A stretch of DNA of 64,000 bases from NCBI GenBank assembly GCA_963751345.1, contig CAVVUS010000012.1:1-64000 (forward strand), read 5' to 3'. Numbering within the stretch: position 1 is the first letter of the stretch; each line of letters starts with the position of its first letter. This document shows positions 54,528-64,000 of the stretch, piece after piece. Made by a program: the position numbers and the translations under genes. The notes beneath the pieces were generated by a model. That model saw only the letters and a list, made by a program, of their open reading frames with translations, had not been told where the DNA came from and made no database searches. This DNA is from an uncultured Chloroflexia bacterium (GTDB lineage Bacteria; Chloroflexota; Anaerolineae; B4-G1; SLSP01).

Positions 54528-54614
54528 AACCTTGCGAAGGAGCGTTCCGGGAAGCTGCCGGAGCTCCCGGAACGCTAGTTGCCTGCGCTACGGGCTACGT
54601 ATCTTCGCAAGGTT
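54528..54614. repeat. Composite nested palindromic (REP-like) element
   Basis: AACCTTGCGAAG / CTTCGCAAGGTT perfect outer arms; inner AGCGTTCCGGGA / TCCCGGAACGCT. Confidence 0.8.
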
Positions 54615-54653
54615 TAGCACAGGGCCCCCAGGTAACCTGGGGGCCCTGTGCTA
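54615..54653. terminator. 18-bp perfect hairpin downstream of rnj
   Basis: TAGCACAGGGCCCCCAGG-taa-CCTGGGGGCCCTGTGCTA. Confidence 0.7.
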
Positions 54654-54686
54654 TACTGCAGACGTGTGAGAAAGCGAGGTGCGATT

Positions 54687-55682
54687 ATGACCCCCAAAGA
54701 GATTATCCTGGCGAACATCGCCCACGAGGATCCACCGCGCTGCGGCCTGACCTTCACCTGGGGCCGGATCAACGACATGCTCGATGGCGGCGTGGTTCCC
54801 CATGGCTATCGCCAAAAGCGTTGGGTCGAGGGCAAGGTGGAATACTACGACGACGAATGGGGCAACCTCTGGGTACGCATGCGCGAAGGCTCGATCAAAG
54901 GCGAGATCTACAGGCCCGCGATCGAGGACTGGTCCCAGCTCGACGAGCTACAGCCGCCCGACTACACTCACCCCGACTGCGCCGAGCAGATGAACGACCT
55001 CTTCAGCCGGCCCACCGACAAGTTCAAGCTCGCGCATATCGGTGGCTGGATCTTCGACAACGCTCGCTATCTCCGCAAGATGGAGACCTACTTCTGCGAT
55101 ATGGCCCTCTACCCCGAGGAGCTCAATCGCATGCACGGGATCGTGGCCGACGTGTACGAGCAGAAGATCCACCTGGCGGGTAAGGCAGGGGCCGACGGCA
55201 TCATGATCGGCGAGGATATGGGCACGCAGACCGGCCTGCTTTTCAGCCCGAGGATGTTCCGCGAGTACTTCAAGGCGATGTACACCCGGCTGATGTCCAT
55301 CGCGCACGACTACGGCATGAAGGTGCTCATGCACTCCTGTGGTCAGAACTGGTCCATCGTGCCGGACCTACTCGACGCCGGGGTCGATGTCTTCCAGTTC
55401 GACCAGCCTGCGGTCTACGATATGCCCAAGCTCGCCGCACTGCTCAAGGAGCGCAAAGCCGCGCTGTGGAGCCCCGTCGACATCCAGAAGATCCTGCCCA
55501 CCGGCGACCGCGAGCTCATCGAGGCGGGCGCCAGGGAGATGGTCGACATCTTCGAGGGCGGCCTGATCTGCAAGAACTACACGGACCTCGCCGGGATCGG
55601 CGTGAAGGAAGAGTGGGATATGTGGGCCTACGACGCCATCTGCGAACGCGCGGGAGTCCGCGGAACAGTCTCGATGGACTGA
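54687..55682 (+). CDS. Uroporphyrinogen decarboxylase-like (URO-D/MtaA family) protein
   Basis: DEWGNLW, GEDMGTQTGLLFSP..FREYFK..Y, MHSCG, PVDIQKILPTG. Confidence 0.88.
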   Translation: MTPKEIILANIAHEDPPRCGLTFTWGRINDMLDGGVVPHGYRQKRWVEGKVEYYDDEWGNLWVRMREGSIKGEIYRPAIEDWSQLDELQPPDYTHPDCAEQMNDLFSRPTDKFKLAHIGGWIFDNARYLRKMETYFCDMALYPEELNRMHGIVADVYEQKIHLAGKAGADGIMIGEDMGTQTGLLFSPRMFREYFKAMYTRLMSIAHDYGMKVLMHSCGQNWSIVPDLLDAGVDVFQFDQPAVYDMPKLAALLKERKAALWSPVDIQKILPTGDRELIEAGAREMVDIFEGGLICKNYTDLAGIGVKEEWDMWAYDAICERAGVRGTVSMD

Positions 55683-55702
55683 GACCGCAACAGCTCCGGG
55701 GT

Positions 55703-56137
55703 TTATGGTGTGACAGGGTTTGTTACCCTGAGTTGCTCCTCAATAAGGAGTCCATCCTGCATATCTTCAGAATACAGAATCTGAACACCAGCAGAAAGGG
55801 CACTTGCTACGACTATGCTATCCCAGAAGGACAAGGAATAGCGTTGTCGGAGGCTTGATGCCTTCAGGAGTGTTTCTCTGTTTGGCTCGACTACTTCGTA
55901 CTGCTCATAAAACGCTTGGATGAGCTGCTCCAGGTCAGCCTCACGAAACGCGGCTTTCTTCAAGAGATTCACACACACTTCATTGATGATCTGAGTGCTC
56001 ACCACCGGGTCACAGGATCGTAACAAGGCCTCCGCAGCTCTATGCTGCGAAGTGCCCTGAGCCTCGATAAACGCATACAGCCAAATGTTGGTATCGACGA
56101 AAGCTCTCTGACGGGCCAAGTCAGGCATGAGACTCAT
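55703..56137 (-). CDS. vapC: PIN domain (VapC) toxin
   Basis: AFVDTNIWLY, STQIINE, SFWDSIVVASA, LYSEDMQDG. Confidence 0.92.
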   Translation of the reverse strand: MSLMPDLARQRAFVDTNIWLYAFIEAQGTSQHRAAEALLRSCDPVVSTQIINEVCVNLLKKAAFREADLEQLIQAFYEQYEVVEPNRETLLKASSLRQRYSLSFWDSIVVASALSAGVQILYSEDMQDGLLIEEQLRVTNPVTP

Positions 56138-56330
56138 CCCGTGAAAGTGGGCGAAAGTCCTTGAGCTGGAGAGGATGATCCAGAAGCTTATCGATAATGG
56201 TGTATTGCGACTGTTCGGCCTTCTCCTGCAAGAGAATCACACGAACGTGCCCACTGACACGACCCTTGAGTTCATCAGGGATCTCGATCGTATCGTCCTT
56301 CACAAGAGTCCGGAATTCCAGTGCTTCCAT
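56121..56330 (-). CDS. Putative VapB-type antitoxin
   Basis: Small gene overlapping the vapC start; IEIPDEL..VRVILL, ends PLSRDESHA. Confidence 0.75.
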   Translation of the reverse strand: MEALEFRTLVKDDTIEIPDELKGRVSGHVRVILLQEKAEQSQYTIIDKLLDHPLQLKDFRPLSRDESHA

Positions 56331-56444
56331 ATGTCACCTCAGTAGCCGAAGCAACTATAAGCCTTCACAGATCATTATAGCACTTCCGGGGTTGCAATCC
56401 GAGAGGGCCGGCGGCCTGTTCCGAAAGGCTCTCTTGATCTTGCG

Positions 56445-57574
56445 CTACTCCGGCACCTGCCGGTTCTCGTTCATCCACTCGACCGCGAAGTCCACGAGCG
56501 CCCGCTGCGAAAAGAGCCGGCATTCGGCATTCCCCACCCGCCCTACACGCACATTTCCCGCATCCTCAAAGGCGTGCCCGATCTCCGGGAAGTCGGCGTC
56601 GTACCAGTAGATATCGTCGTAGGTCACCCACCGAGAGCCACCATCTTCCGTAGGCATCGGGCCGCCGCGCGTGCAGCGCTTCAGCGGCGCATATTTACAG
56701 CGATACTCCGCGAGGTGAAAGCTGGTATTGCGGTTATATCCCACGCCGATCAGCAGCACGTAAGCACCTACATCGTAGAGCCGGGCCAACGGCGAGTGCT
56801 CCCCTCTGGCTCATACTCAAAGTCCACGAGCGCCCGCTGCGAGAAGAGCCGGCACTCGGCCTTCCCCACCCGCCCTAGGCGCACATTCCCCGCATCCTCA
56901 AAGGCGCGCCCGATCTCCGGGAAGTCGGCGTCGTACCAGTAGATATCGTCGTAGGTTACCCACTCGGAGCCACCATCGTCCGTAGGCATCGGGCCGCCGC
57001 GCGTGCAGCGCTTCAGCAGCGCATATTTACAGCGATACTCCGCCAGGTGGAAGCTGGTGTTGCGATTATATCCCACGCCGATCAGCAATACGTAAGCGCC
57101 CACGTCGTAAAGCCGGGCCAACGGCGAGTGCTCGCCCTGGCTCAGACTCAGGCCGTGGTCCGACGTGATAAACGCCGCGTTGGGTCCGCGGGCGGACTCG
57201 GAGACGAAGGGATGGTACGAGCGCAGCGTCCCCTCCTGCTTCCGAAAGGTCTCAGGGATGACGCCCATATGGCGCGTCGGCGTGAGATCGGGCCGGAACG
57301 CGGGCATATTCGCGCGGATGGTGTCGTGCCAGGCTGCGGGCACGGCTGGGGCTGACCATCCCGCAGGATCGGTCAGATCGCCGGAGTGGGTGGGCATGAC
57401 GAGCGTACCCTCCGGCCCCAGAGCCGACTCCAGCGCGAGGATCACCGCTGGGGCGCCGCCGACCACGTACCCCAGCGAACTCAACGAGCTGTGGACCATG
57501 AGTGTCATGCCCGGCTCGACGCCCAGCGCGGTGAGCTGCGCGGTCAGACTCGTTATCGTCAAGGGTTGCTCCAT
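56445..57574 (-). CDS. AAC(3)-family (YokD-like) N-acetyltransferase with a tandemly duplicated 3' third
   Basis: MVHSSLSSLGYVVGG, LVMPTHS, MGVIPETFR, RSYHP, LLIGVGY..TSFHLAE; the C-terminal segment occurs twice. Confidence 0.88.
56488..57150. repeat. Diverged tandem duplication with ~332-bp period
   Basis: 56488-56819 vs 56820-57150; roughly two dozen substitutions counted by eye. Confidence 0.92.
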
Positions 57575-57631
57575 CCCATATCCTCCTGACCCGCGATTGT
57601 CAAAGCAGCGAAGGTCGCTAGACTCATCCCC

Positions 57632-58292
57632 ATGACCTACCAAGACTACATCATCCGCCAGATCGCGATCTTCGCACGTGTCCTCAGCCGGATCCTCGGC
57701 CTTGCCAGAGACCATCACGACGAGCAAGCGTTGGACGCCGTTGAGGCGGCACTGCAGGCGCTTGCCGGCGGCGGCCTCGACGTCCCCGACGACAAGACGC
57801 TATCGCTGCCCCAACCCTTTGCCTCAATGACGACCACCTTCGAGGGTCGCGAGATCGATCTGATGACCGCGCGACTGCTCAAGGAGGCGGGCACCATCCA
57901 CGCCCGGCGCGGTGAGACGAACGAGAGTTACGCAAGCTTCGTGCGGGCCCTCGACCTGATGCTTTCCGTTCAGCTCGGTGTGCGCGATATCGCGATGCCT
58001 GACTATGCGCCCGAGCGTCGAGGAATTGCGCGATGCACTGAGCGACTACGTCCTCCCCGATGGCACCTCAGAGATGCTCGTCCGGTACTACGAGCAGATG
58101 GGTGCCTACGCCAAAGCGGAGGATGTGCTCTACGACTTCCTCGACACCACCGAGGACTGCGAGCGCGTCACGGACATCGGCATCGGCTTCTACGAACGGT
58201 TGCTCGATCTCAGTGACGCACAATTGGAGGCCGGCGGCCTGCCGCGCGATGAGGTGCACGCTGGGTTGGACGAGCTCCGGCAGCTCACGTAG
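57632..58292 (+). CDS. DUF6483-like helical (TPR-like) protein (frame break near 58015)
   Basis: YQDYIIRQI..; YYEQMGAYAKAEDVLY..FYERLL..LEAGGLPRDEV..GL. Confidence 0.7.
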
Positions 58293-58319
58293 GGATCAGT
58301 TCTGCTGATTCCTGTGGTT

Positions 58320-58346
58320 TGTCATCCTGAACGAAGTGAAGGATCT
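58320..58346 (+). repeat. REP-like short palindrome (TGTCATCCTGA.CGAAG.GAAGGATCT type)
   Basis: TGTCATCCTGAACGAAGTGAAGGATCT between convergent genes. Confidence 0.65.
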
Positions 58347-58372
58347 ATGACCTTCAGCCTATCAGAATTATC

Positions 58373-59368
58373 TCACCTCGGTAGCGCGCGTCGCTGCCCG
58401 GCGACAATGTCGTCAAGCAGGCGGTTCCACTTCTCATCGATCTCCTGGCGCGCCGGATCGGTATCGAACCACTTGATGATCTCACGAGCGCCCTGCACGA
58501 AGGGAATCGTCGCGACATAGTCGGGCACCAGGCGCTTGATCTTGGAGTTATCGAAGATGACGCTGTGCGTCTTATCCCCCATCACGCTGGCGCCCCAGTC
58601 CGCATCATACGCGCGGATGAGATCGCTGGGGACGTGCACCAGTTCGGGCTCGTCCACCCCCGCGGCACGTCCGATGATGCGGAAAATCTGGTCCCAGGTG
58701 AGCACCTCATCGGACGTAATGTGATAGACGTCGCCCACGGCCCTCGGATTGCCGAGAAGGCCTACGAAGCCCTTGGCGAAGTCACGATGGTGGGTCAGCA
58801 CCCAAAGTGAGGTGCCGTCGCCGTGGACGACGATCGGCTTGCCCTTGCGCATGCGGTCGACGACCGTGAAGCGCCCCCGGAACGGCAGCAGCGTCTGGTC
58901 GTAGGTGTGCGACGGCCGCACAATGGTCATCGGGAAACCTTCCTCGCGGTAGGCCCGCACCAGCCGCTCTTCGCACGCGATCTTGTTCTGAGCGTAGACC
59001 CAGTAGGGATTGTGCAGCGGCGTCGACTCCGTGATCGGCAAGCTGAGGACCGGTTTGTGGTAACCCGCGGCAGAGCTGATGAAGACGTACTGATCGGTGC
59101 GGTCCCTGAAGAGCTCGATGTCAGTCTCGACCTGGTCCGGCGTAAAAACGAGCCAGTCCACGATCACGTCGAAGGTCATATCCCCCAGCGCCTCCGCCAC
59201 CGTCGCCGGCTGCCGGATATCGCCGATGAGGACCTTGGCCCCCGCCGGCACCGGACGCTTTGACGTCTGTCCCCGATTGAGCAGATACAGGTCGATCCCA
59301 CGGTCTACGGCCAACTGCGAGGACGCGGAACTGATGATCCCGGTCCCGCCGATGAAGAGAACTCTCAT
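58373..59368 (-). CDS. NAD-dependent epimerase/dehydratase (extended SDR)
   Basis: FIGGTGIIS, FISSA, YAQNK (YxxxK), IVRPSHTY. Confidence 0.9.
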   Translation of the reverse strand: MRVLFIGGTGIISSASSQLAVDRGIDLYLLNRGQTSKRPVPAGAKVLIGDIRQPATVAEALGDMTFDVIVDWLVFTPDQVETDIELFRDRTDQYVFISSAAGYHKPVLSLPITESTPLHNPYWVYAQNKIACEERLVRAYREEGFPMTIVRPSHTYDQTLLPFRGRFTVVDRMRKGKPIVVHGDGTSLWVLTHHRDFAKGFVGLLGNPRAVGDVYHITSDEVLTWDQIFRIIGRAAGVDEPELVHVPSDLIRAYDADWGASVMGDKTHSVIFDNSKIKRLVPDYVATIPFVQGAREIIKWFDTDPARQEIDEKWNRLLDDIVAGQRRALPR

Positions 59369-59466
59369 AGTAGCAACTCCTTACGCGATATAGAGGAAGC
59401 TGAAAGCCGATAGCCGTCAGCGTTCAGCCATCAGTCACTCATCCTCAGCTTACCCTTGTTACGATC

Positions 59467-61053
59467 TCAGGCTACGTCGCCCTGCGTCCACCCGCCATCG
59501 ATCAATCGCCACATCTCCCCGGTCGGATTGCGGTCTTGCAGTTCGACCGGAAGCCGGTGGTGGCGTACGTTGTCATAGCTGTGCAGCGCGCCAAAGCGCA
59601 GCATCGAGGCCGGGATGCCCACCGCTGTGAAACCTGGATGCCCCGTCGCCGGATAGGGTCCGCCGTGGTTCATCGCCGGCGAAACCGCAACGCCCGTGGG
59701 CATCTTGTCGTTGAGCAGCCGCCCCACCTTCTGCCGCACGATGGGCGCCACCAGATCGTAGATCCCATCATCAACCCCGCCGGTGTGGGTGTAGAAGCTG
59801 CCCGTCAAGTTCCCCTCCAACCGTCGTGCGATCTCCTGCATCTGCACGACATCCCGGGCGAAGACCAGAAGTGATACCACCCCAAAGGCTTCAGTCTGCA
59901 GTGCGTGAGGTTGCGCCAGGAACTGGTCGCCCGAGACCCGCAGCAGCGTGTTGGCATACCGGAAACTCGGCCCTTCGACCTCGCCCCCGCCGACCACGAG
60001 TTCAGCCCCCGCCTCCTGGAGCTGCTCCACGGCGCTTCCGATCGTCCACACGCCGCCTTCGCCCAGGAGAACACCCGGTGGCGTATCGAATCGCGACGCG
60101 ATGGCCTCCAGAAACGTCTCGGCCCGGCCGGAAGCCAGCAGGACCGTCAGCCCCGGTTTCGTGCAGAACTGGCCGGTCCCAAGCGTGCAGGACGCGAACA
60201 GCTCGTCCGCCACTGCCTCCAGCCGCTCGTCCAGGGCGCCGGGAAGCACGAAGACGGGGTTGACACTCGACATCTCCAGATAGATCGGCTTGCCCGCCGC
60301 ATCCGCCGCTGCCTTGAGCTGAAGCCCGGCCAAGCGGCTTCCGGTGAAACCCGTCGCGCCTACCAGGGGATGTGAGACCAGCCGTGCTCCGTCCGCGTGG
60401 CTCGTGCGGTAGATCAGTTGCACGATCCCGTCGGGCATGCCTGTGGCCTGCGCGGCCTCGAAGGCGGCCTCGGTCAGCAGCTTCGTCGTCCCGGGATGGG
60501 CGGTATTCCCCTTGGCGATGATCGGGTTGCCCGCTGCCAGGGCTGCCACAGCGTCGCCGCCCGACACCGAGTTGAAGGCCAGCGGGAAGTTGTTGGGCCC
60601 GAAGACGACGACCGGCCCGCCCAACGGTCCGTACATCGACCGGATATTGCGCGCCGTATCGATCGTCGCGTGACACCAGGACCGCTCGCGGGCAGCCGCC
60701 GCGGCCTGGCGCAGTTGGTCCGTCGTTCGCGGCAGTTCCACCGAGCGCAGCCGCGGCTCGAATGCGAGCCCCGACTCGCGGTGGGCCAGCGCCGCAATGG
60801 CATCGGCCCGCGCCTCAATCCCATCGGCGAAACCCTCGAGGAACCGCGCCAGATCCCCCGGCGCCGTCTCTCTCAGCGCGTTGGCGGCCTCCGCGCCCGC
60901 CACGAGCGCCTCCTCCACCTCCGCCCACGCCGAGACAGGATAGAGCTCCGGCAGCGGCGTCTTCGTCATAGGATTTACGGCGGTAAACGTGCCGTTGTCG
61001 ATGATGGACTCGCGCCATTGTCCGGCAATCAGAACAGGTTGTGTCGTCATCAT
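59467..61053 (-). CDS. NADP-dependent aldehyde dehydrogenase, 2,5-dioxopentanoate (KGSA) dehydrogenase type
   Basis: FGPNNFPLAF, GFTGS, EMSSVNP, GQFCTKPG, EAFG, PTGVAVSPAMNHGGPYPAT. Confidence 0.9.
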   Translation of the reverse strand: MMTTQPVLIAGQWRESIIDNGTFTAVNPMTKTPLPELYPVSAWAEVEEALVAGAEAANALRETAPGDLARFLEGFADGIEARADAIAALAHRESGLAFEPRLRSVELPRTTDQLRQAAAAARERSWCHATIDTARNIRSMYGPLGGPVVVFGPNNFPLAFNSVSGGDAVAALAAGNPIIAKGNTAHPGTTKLLTEAAFEAAQATGMPDGIVQLIYRTSHADGARLVSHPLVGATGFTGSRLAGLQLKAAADAAGKPIYLEMSSVNPVFVLPGALDERLEAVADELFASCTLGTGQFCTKPGLTVLLASGRAETFLEAIASRFDTPPGVLLGEGGVWTIGSAVEQLQEAGAELVVGGGEVEGPSFRYANTLLRVSGDQFLAQPHALQTEAFGVVSLLVFARDVVQMQEIARRLEGNLTGSFYTHTGGVDDGIYDLVAPIVRQKVGRLLNDKMPTGVAVSPAMNHGGPYPATGHPGFTAVGIPASMLRFGALHSYDNVRHHRLPVELQDRNPTGEMWRLIDGGWTQGDVA

Positions 61054-61054
61054 A

Positions 61055-61870
61055 TCACTCCCGTACCCCATTCTCCAACACCATCCCTCCCACCCCCACG
61101 CGCACCGCATCTCCCACACTGAGCGTGAAATCATCCGGAGGGACGATGCCGGTGCCGGTCATCAGGAACACGCCCTGGGGGAAGGGTAACTCGCGGAAAA
61201 GATAGTCGACCAAGTCCTCGAACGCTCGCTTCATCTGCGTGGTGGACGTCTCGCCGTAGAAGGCCCGGACACCGCCGCGCAGGATCTCCAGCGTGATCGG
61301 CAAGTCGCGCAGCGTATCCGGCGACGCAAGCTGGACGCCGGGGCCCAGGGCGCAGGAGCCTGCGTAGACCTTGGCCTGGGGTAGGTACAGAGGGTTCGCG
61401 CCCTCGATGCTGCGCGAGGAGACGTCGTTCCCCGCGACGTAGCCGACGATCTCCTGGTGTGCGTTGATCACCAGCGTCAGCTCGGGCTCGGGCACGCTCC
61501 ACGTGCTGTCGGGGCGCACGCGGATCGGGTCCTCGGGGCCCATCACGCGCCACCCAATGGCCTTCATAAAGAGCTCCGGACGATCCGCGACGTAAACGCG
61601 GGCATAGATGTCCCCGGTCTCAGACTCTGCCTGGCGCGCATCCCGGCTGCGCAAATAGGTCACGCCGCTGGCCCACACCTCGTGCATCGGCTCCAGCGGC
61701 GGCAGAAGCGCGCCTTCCGCGGGCTCGCCGGTCGCCATAGAGGAAAGCACGCCCCTATACGTCGCCTCAGGCAGCTCCAGCAGGAGCCCCAGGTCAAAGG
61801 AAGGGGCAAGGAAAACGCCATCCACGGCCCAGCGGGGGCCGGCCACGCTCTGGTGTTGGGTAAGGTACAT
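61055..61870 (-). CDS. Fumarylacetoacetate-hydrolase-family protein, 2-keto-3-deoxypentonate dehydratase type
   Basis: EVWASGVTYLRSR, YVADRPELFMK, PEPEL, GNDVSSRSIEGANPLYLPQAKVY, MTGTGIVP. Confidence 0.9.
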   Translation of the reverse strand: MYLTQHQSVAGPRWAVDGVFLAPSFDLGLLLELPEATYRGVLSSMATGEPAEGALLPPLEPMHEVWASGVTYLRSRDARQAESETGDIYARVYVADRPELFMKAIGWRVMGPEDPIRVRPDSTWSVPEPELTLVINAHQEIVGYVAGNDVSSRSIEGANPLYLPQAKVYAGSCALGPGVQLASPDTLRDLPITLEILRGGVRAFYGETSTTQMKRAFEDLVDYLFRELPFPQGVFLMTGTGIVPPDDFTLSVGDAVRVGVGGMVLENGVRE

Positions 61871-61925
61871 TGGAACCTCCAGTTGTCGGTTGTCTGTTCT
61901 CAGTCGGAGAGAGGGTAGGGCCCGC

Positions 61926-63896
61926 TCATCCGCCCATCATCGCCGCGATGGCGTCCGGATCGTACACACAGCCGCCCCACGTGCCACCGCTGGCCTGCTG
62001 CAGGATGGCCCACAGCCGCGTGTCGTCAGGCAGCCCCGGGTCCGGCGCCAGATCGGGATGTGCCGGCCGAGCCGCCAGAACTCGCGCGCCCTCGTCGGTT
62101 CCGAACCGGCGACCCTCGCAGCCGGCCAGATCCACGGTACCCCTAAGGTTAACACAATCCACTTCGATGCGGATAAGATCGCCATCGCGGACCCGCCCCA
62201 GCGGACCACCCGCCAGGGCCTCAGGCCCCACGTGACCGATGCAGGCCCCCGTGCTGACGCCGCTGAACCGGGCGTCGGTGACGAGCGCGACCTCTTTCCC
62301 CCACGACAGGTATTTCAGCGCCGCCGTGATCTGATAGGTCTCCTCCATGCCGCAGCCCAGGGGACCGCGCCCGATGAGGACCATCACGTCGCCGGGCTTG
62401 ACCGGGTGTTCTGCCTGGCCCTTCACCGCGGCAATGGCCGAGCGCTCGCTCGTGAACACGCGGGCAGGGCCCTCCATCCGGTAGACGCCCCCCGCATCCA
62501 GCATCGCGGGGTCGATCGCCGTGCTCTTGATCACCGCGCCCTCGGGGGCCAGATTGCCCTGGGGGAAGGTCAACGTGCTCGTTAGTCCGCGCGCCCGCGC
62601 GGCGTCCGGGCTCATGATCACGGTGTCGGGATCGATGCCGTCTTCGGTATAGAGACGCTCGCGAAGGCGCTTCCGCCGCTCGCTCGACGACCAGGCGTCG
62701 AGCATCTCACCGAGGGGGCGTCCGTGCGCGGTTAGCGCGTCGAGCCGGAGCAGTCCGAGACCGCGAAGATGGAGCATCACCTCGGGCACCCCTCCGGCGA
62801 GGAAGACCCGCACGGTCGGATGGCCGACGGGACCGTTGGGCAGCACGTCGACCAGGCGCGGCACAGCGCGATTGACCGCATCCCAGTCCGCAACCGTGGG
62901 CCGCCGGAGTCCCGCAGCGTGGGCGATCGCCGGGAGGTGCAGGAGCAGGTTGGTGCTGCCGCCGAATGCCGCGTAGACGACCATCGCGTTGTGGATGGCA
63001 TCTTCCGTGACGATATCGGCCGCCGTGATCCCCGCAGAAGCCAGGCCGGCCAAGGCCCCGGCCGACCGCCGGGCAAGATCCAGCCAGATTTCCTGGCCTG
63101 AGGGCGCAAGTGCAGCGTGCGTGAGCGTCAGACCCAATGCCTCTCCCACCACCTGGCTCGTCGCCGCCGTCCCCAGGAACTGGCAGCCGCCACCCGGCGA
63201 ACCGCAGGCACGGCACCCCAGGCGCGACGCCTCGTCCAGCGATATCTCACCCTGGGCGAAGCGCGCGCTCAGCGTCTGCACCTTTCCCGCGTCCTCGCCC
63301 TCGGTCGGCGGCAGCGTCACGCCCCCTGGTACCAGGACACAGGGCAGGCTGCGCTGGGAGGCCAGCGCCATCATCAGCGCGGGCAGCCCCTTGTCGCACG
63401 TCGCAATGCCCAGGACGCCCCGCGCCGTGGGCAGCGAGCGGATCAAGCGGCGAAAGACGATCGCCGCATCATTGCGATAGGGCAGGCTGTCCATCATGCC
63501 GGGCGTTCCCTGCGTACGGCCATCGCACGGATCGCTCACGTATCCCGAGAAGGGCACCGTGCCCAGCGCTTTGAAGCGCCGGGCGGCGGCCTCCACCAGG
63601 AGGCCCAACTCCCAGTGTCCCGTGTGATAGCCCAGGGCGACCGGGGTGCCGTCCGGCGCCCTGAGCCCGCCCAGTGTCGACAGGATCAGAAACTCCCCGC
63701 CCCGCAGCGCATCGGGCGCCCAGCCCATCCCGGCGTCCTCCGTCAGGCCGAACAGATCGCCACTGGAGACGTCTCTCAGGTAATCTGCGTCGAGCGGCAG
63801 GGCGCCTTCCGGACCCGGCGCGTGCGTCGTCACGGCGTACGCCCGGGGATCCTCTGACTCCAGGGACACGGCATCGGCCACGCGTCTGCTTATCAT
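61926..63896 (-). CDS. yagF: YjhG/YagF-family D-xylonate dehydratase (IlvD/Edd superfamily)
   Basis: [57 protein letters not shown]. Confidence 0.92.
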   Translation of the reverse strand: MISRRVADAVSLESEDPRAYAVTTHAPGPEGALPLDADYLRDVSSGDLFGLTEDAGMGWAPDALRGGEFLILSTLGGLRAPDGTPVALGYHTGHWELGLLVEAAARRFKALGTVPFSGYVSDPCDGRTQGTPGMMDSLPYRNDAAIVFRRLIRSLPTARGVLGIATCDKGLPALMMALASQRSLPCVLVPGGVTLPPTEGEDAGKVQTLSARFAQGEISLDEASRLGCRACGSPGGGCQFLGTAATSQVVGEALGLTLTHAALAPSGQEIWLDLARRSAGALAGLASAGITAADIVTEDAIHNAMVVYAAFGGSTNLLLHLPAIAHAAGLRRPTVADWDAVNRAVPRLVDVLPNGPVGHPTVRVFLAGGVPEVMLHLRGLGLLRLDALTAHGRPLGEMLDAWSSSERRKRLRERLYTEDGIDPDTVIMSPDAARARGLTSTLTFPQGNLAPEGAVIKSTAIDPAMLDAGGVYRMEGPARVFTSERSAIAAVKGQAEHPVKPGDVMVLIGRGPLGCGMEETYQITAALKYLSWGKEVALVTDARFSGVSTGACIGHVGPEALAGGPLGRVRDGDLIRIEVDCVNLRGTVDLAGCEGRRFGTDEGARVLAARPAHPDLAPDPGLPDDTRLWAILQQASGGTWGGCVYDPDAIAAMMGG

Positions 63897-63919
63897 AAAC
63901 GCTCCTGTGATCGAGTGTG

Positions 63920-63938
63920 AGGTGCGAACGCACCCTAC
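63920..63938 (-). repeat. GTAG-type REP-like palindrome
   Basis: GTAG-GGTGCG-tt-CGCACC-T on the minus strand. Confidence 0.5.
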
Positions 63939-64000
63939 TATAGGTGGTTTGGGCTTGACTGCAACGACGGAGGAAATGGGGTCGCGCTGCCGCTTGTCAT

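Noticed and set aside
56488-57150. DGR template/variable repeat pair
   Set aside because: Differences are not adenine-specific on either strand, are mostly synonymous, and no reverse transcriptase is present.
34368-57574. Antibiotic-resistance island (APH-like, AAC(3)-like, ABC exporter)
   Set aside because: The genes are scattered, belong to broad families with many non-resistance members, and have no mobile-element context.

Overview
GC-rich bacterial chromosomal DNA (roughly 60-65% GC by eye). Gene content and intergenic repeat style suggest Chloroflexota/Anaerolineae (inference). About 20 genes are split by 1-bp frame changes, which most likely reflects an unpolished long-read assembly, so single-base oddities need read-level confirmation. 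Left to right: (1) 1-20 kb, a metal/copper and sulfur region. It holds an ABC-2 exporter operon, a PepSY protein and an OmpR-type two-component system that share one promoter motif, and a YHS protein. It also holds a same-strand run of PCYCGC lipoprotein, CuA cupredoxin, membrane polyferredoxin, CuA/cytochrome-c-fold fusion, metY, metX, metW, cysK, larE and moeB, followed by a divergent CopB ATPase and a SHOCT protein. (2) 20-27 kb, GH29 fucosidase, two TA modules and hypothetical genes. (3) 27-33 kb, split archaeal-type glutamate synthase operon with a FadR regulator. (4) 33-44 kb, ZIP transporter, phosphotransferase, AKRs, a secreted HEXXH protein/HEAT lipoprotein cassette and a PadR-NifX/MinD-ferredoxin cluster. 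(5) 44-58 kb, glycosidase, heterodimeric ABC exporter, LysM/DAK2 genes, RNase J with a long structured leader, VapBC and a partly duplicated AAC(3). (6) 58-64 kb, Weimberg-type pentonate pathway. I saw no rRNA, tRNA, CRISPR array, transposase or integrase. Best novelty candidates: the orphan dual-CuA redox module with a cysteine-less (AXXAH) cytochrome-c-fold domain apparently co-transcribed with a sulfur-transfer cluster, and the ~236-nt structured RNA upstream of rnj.
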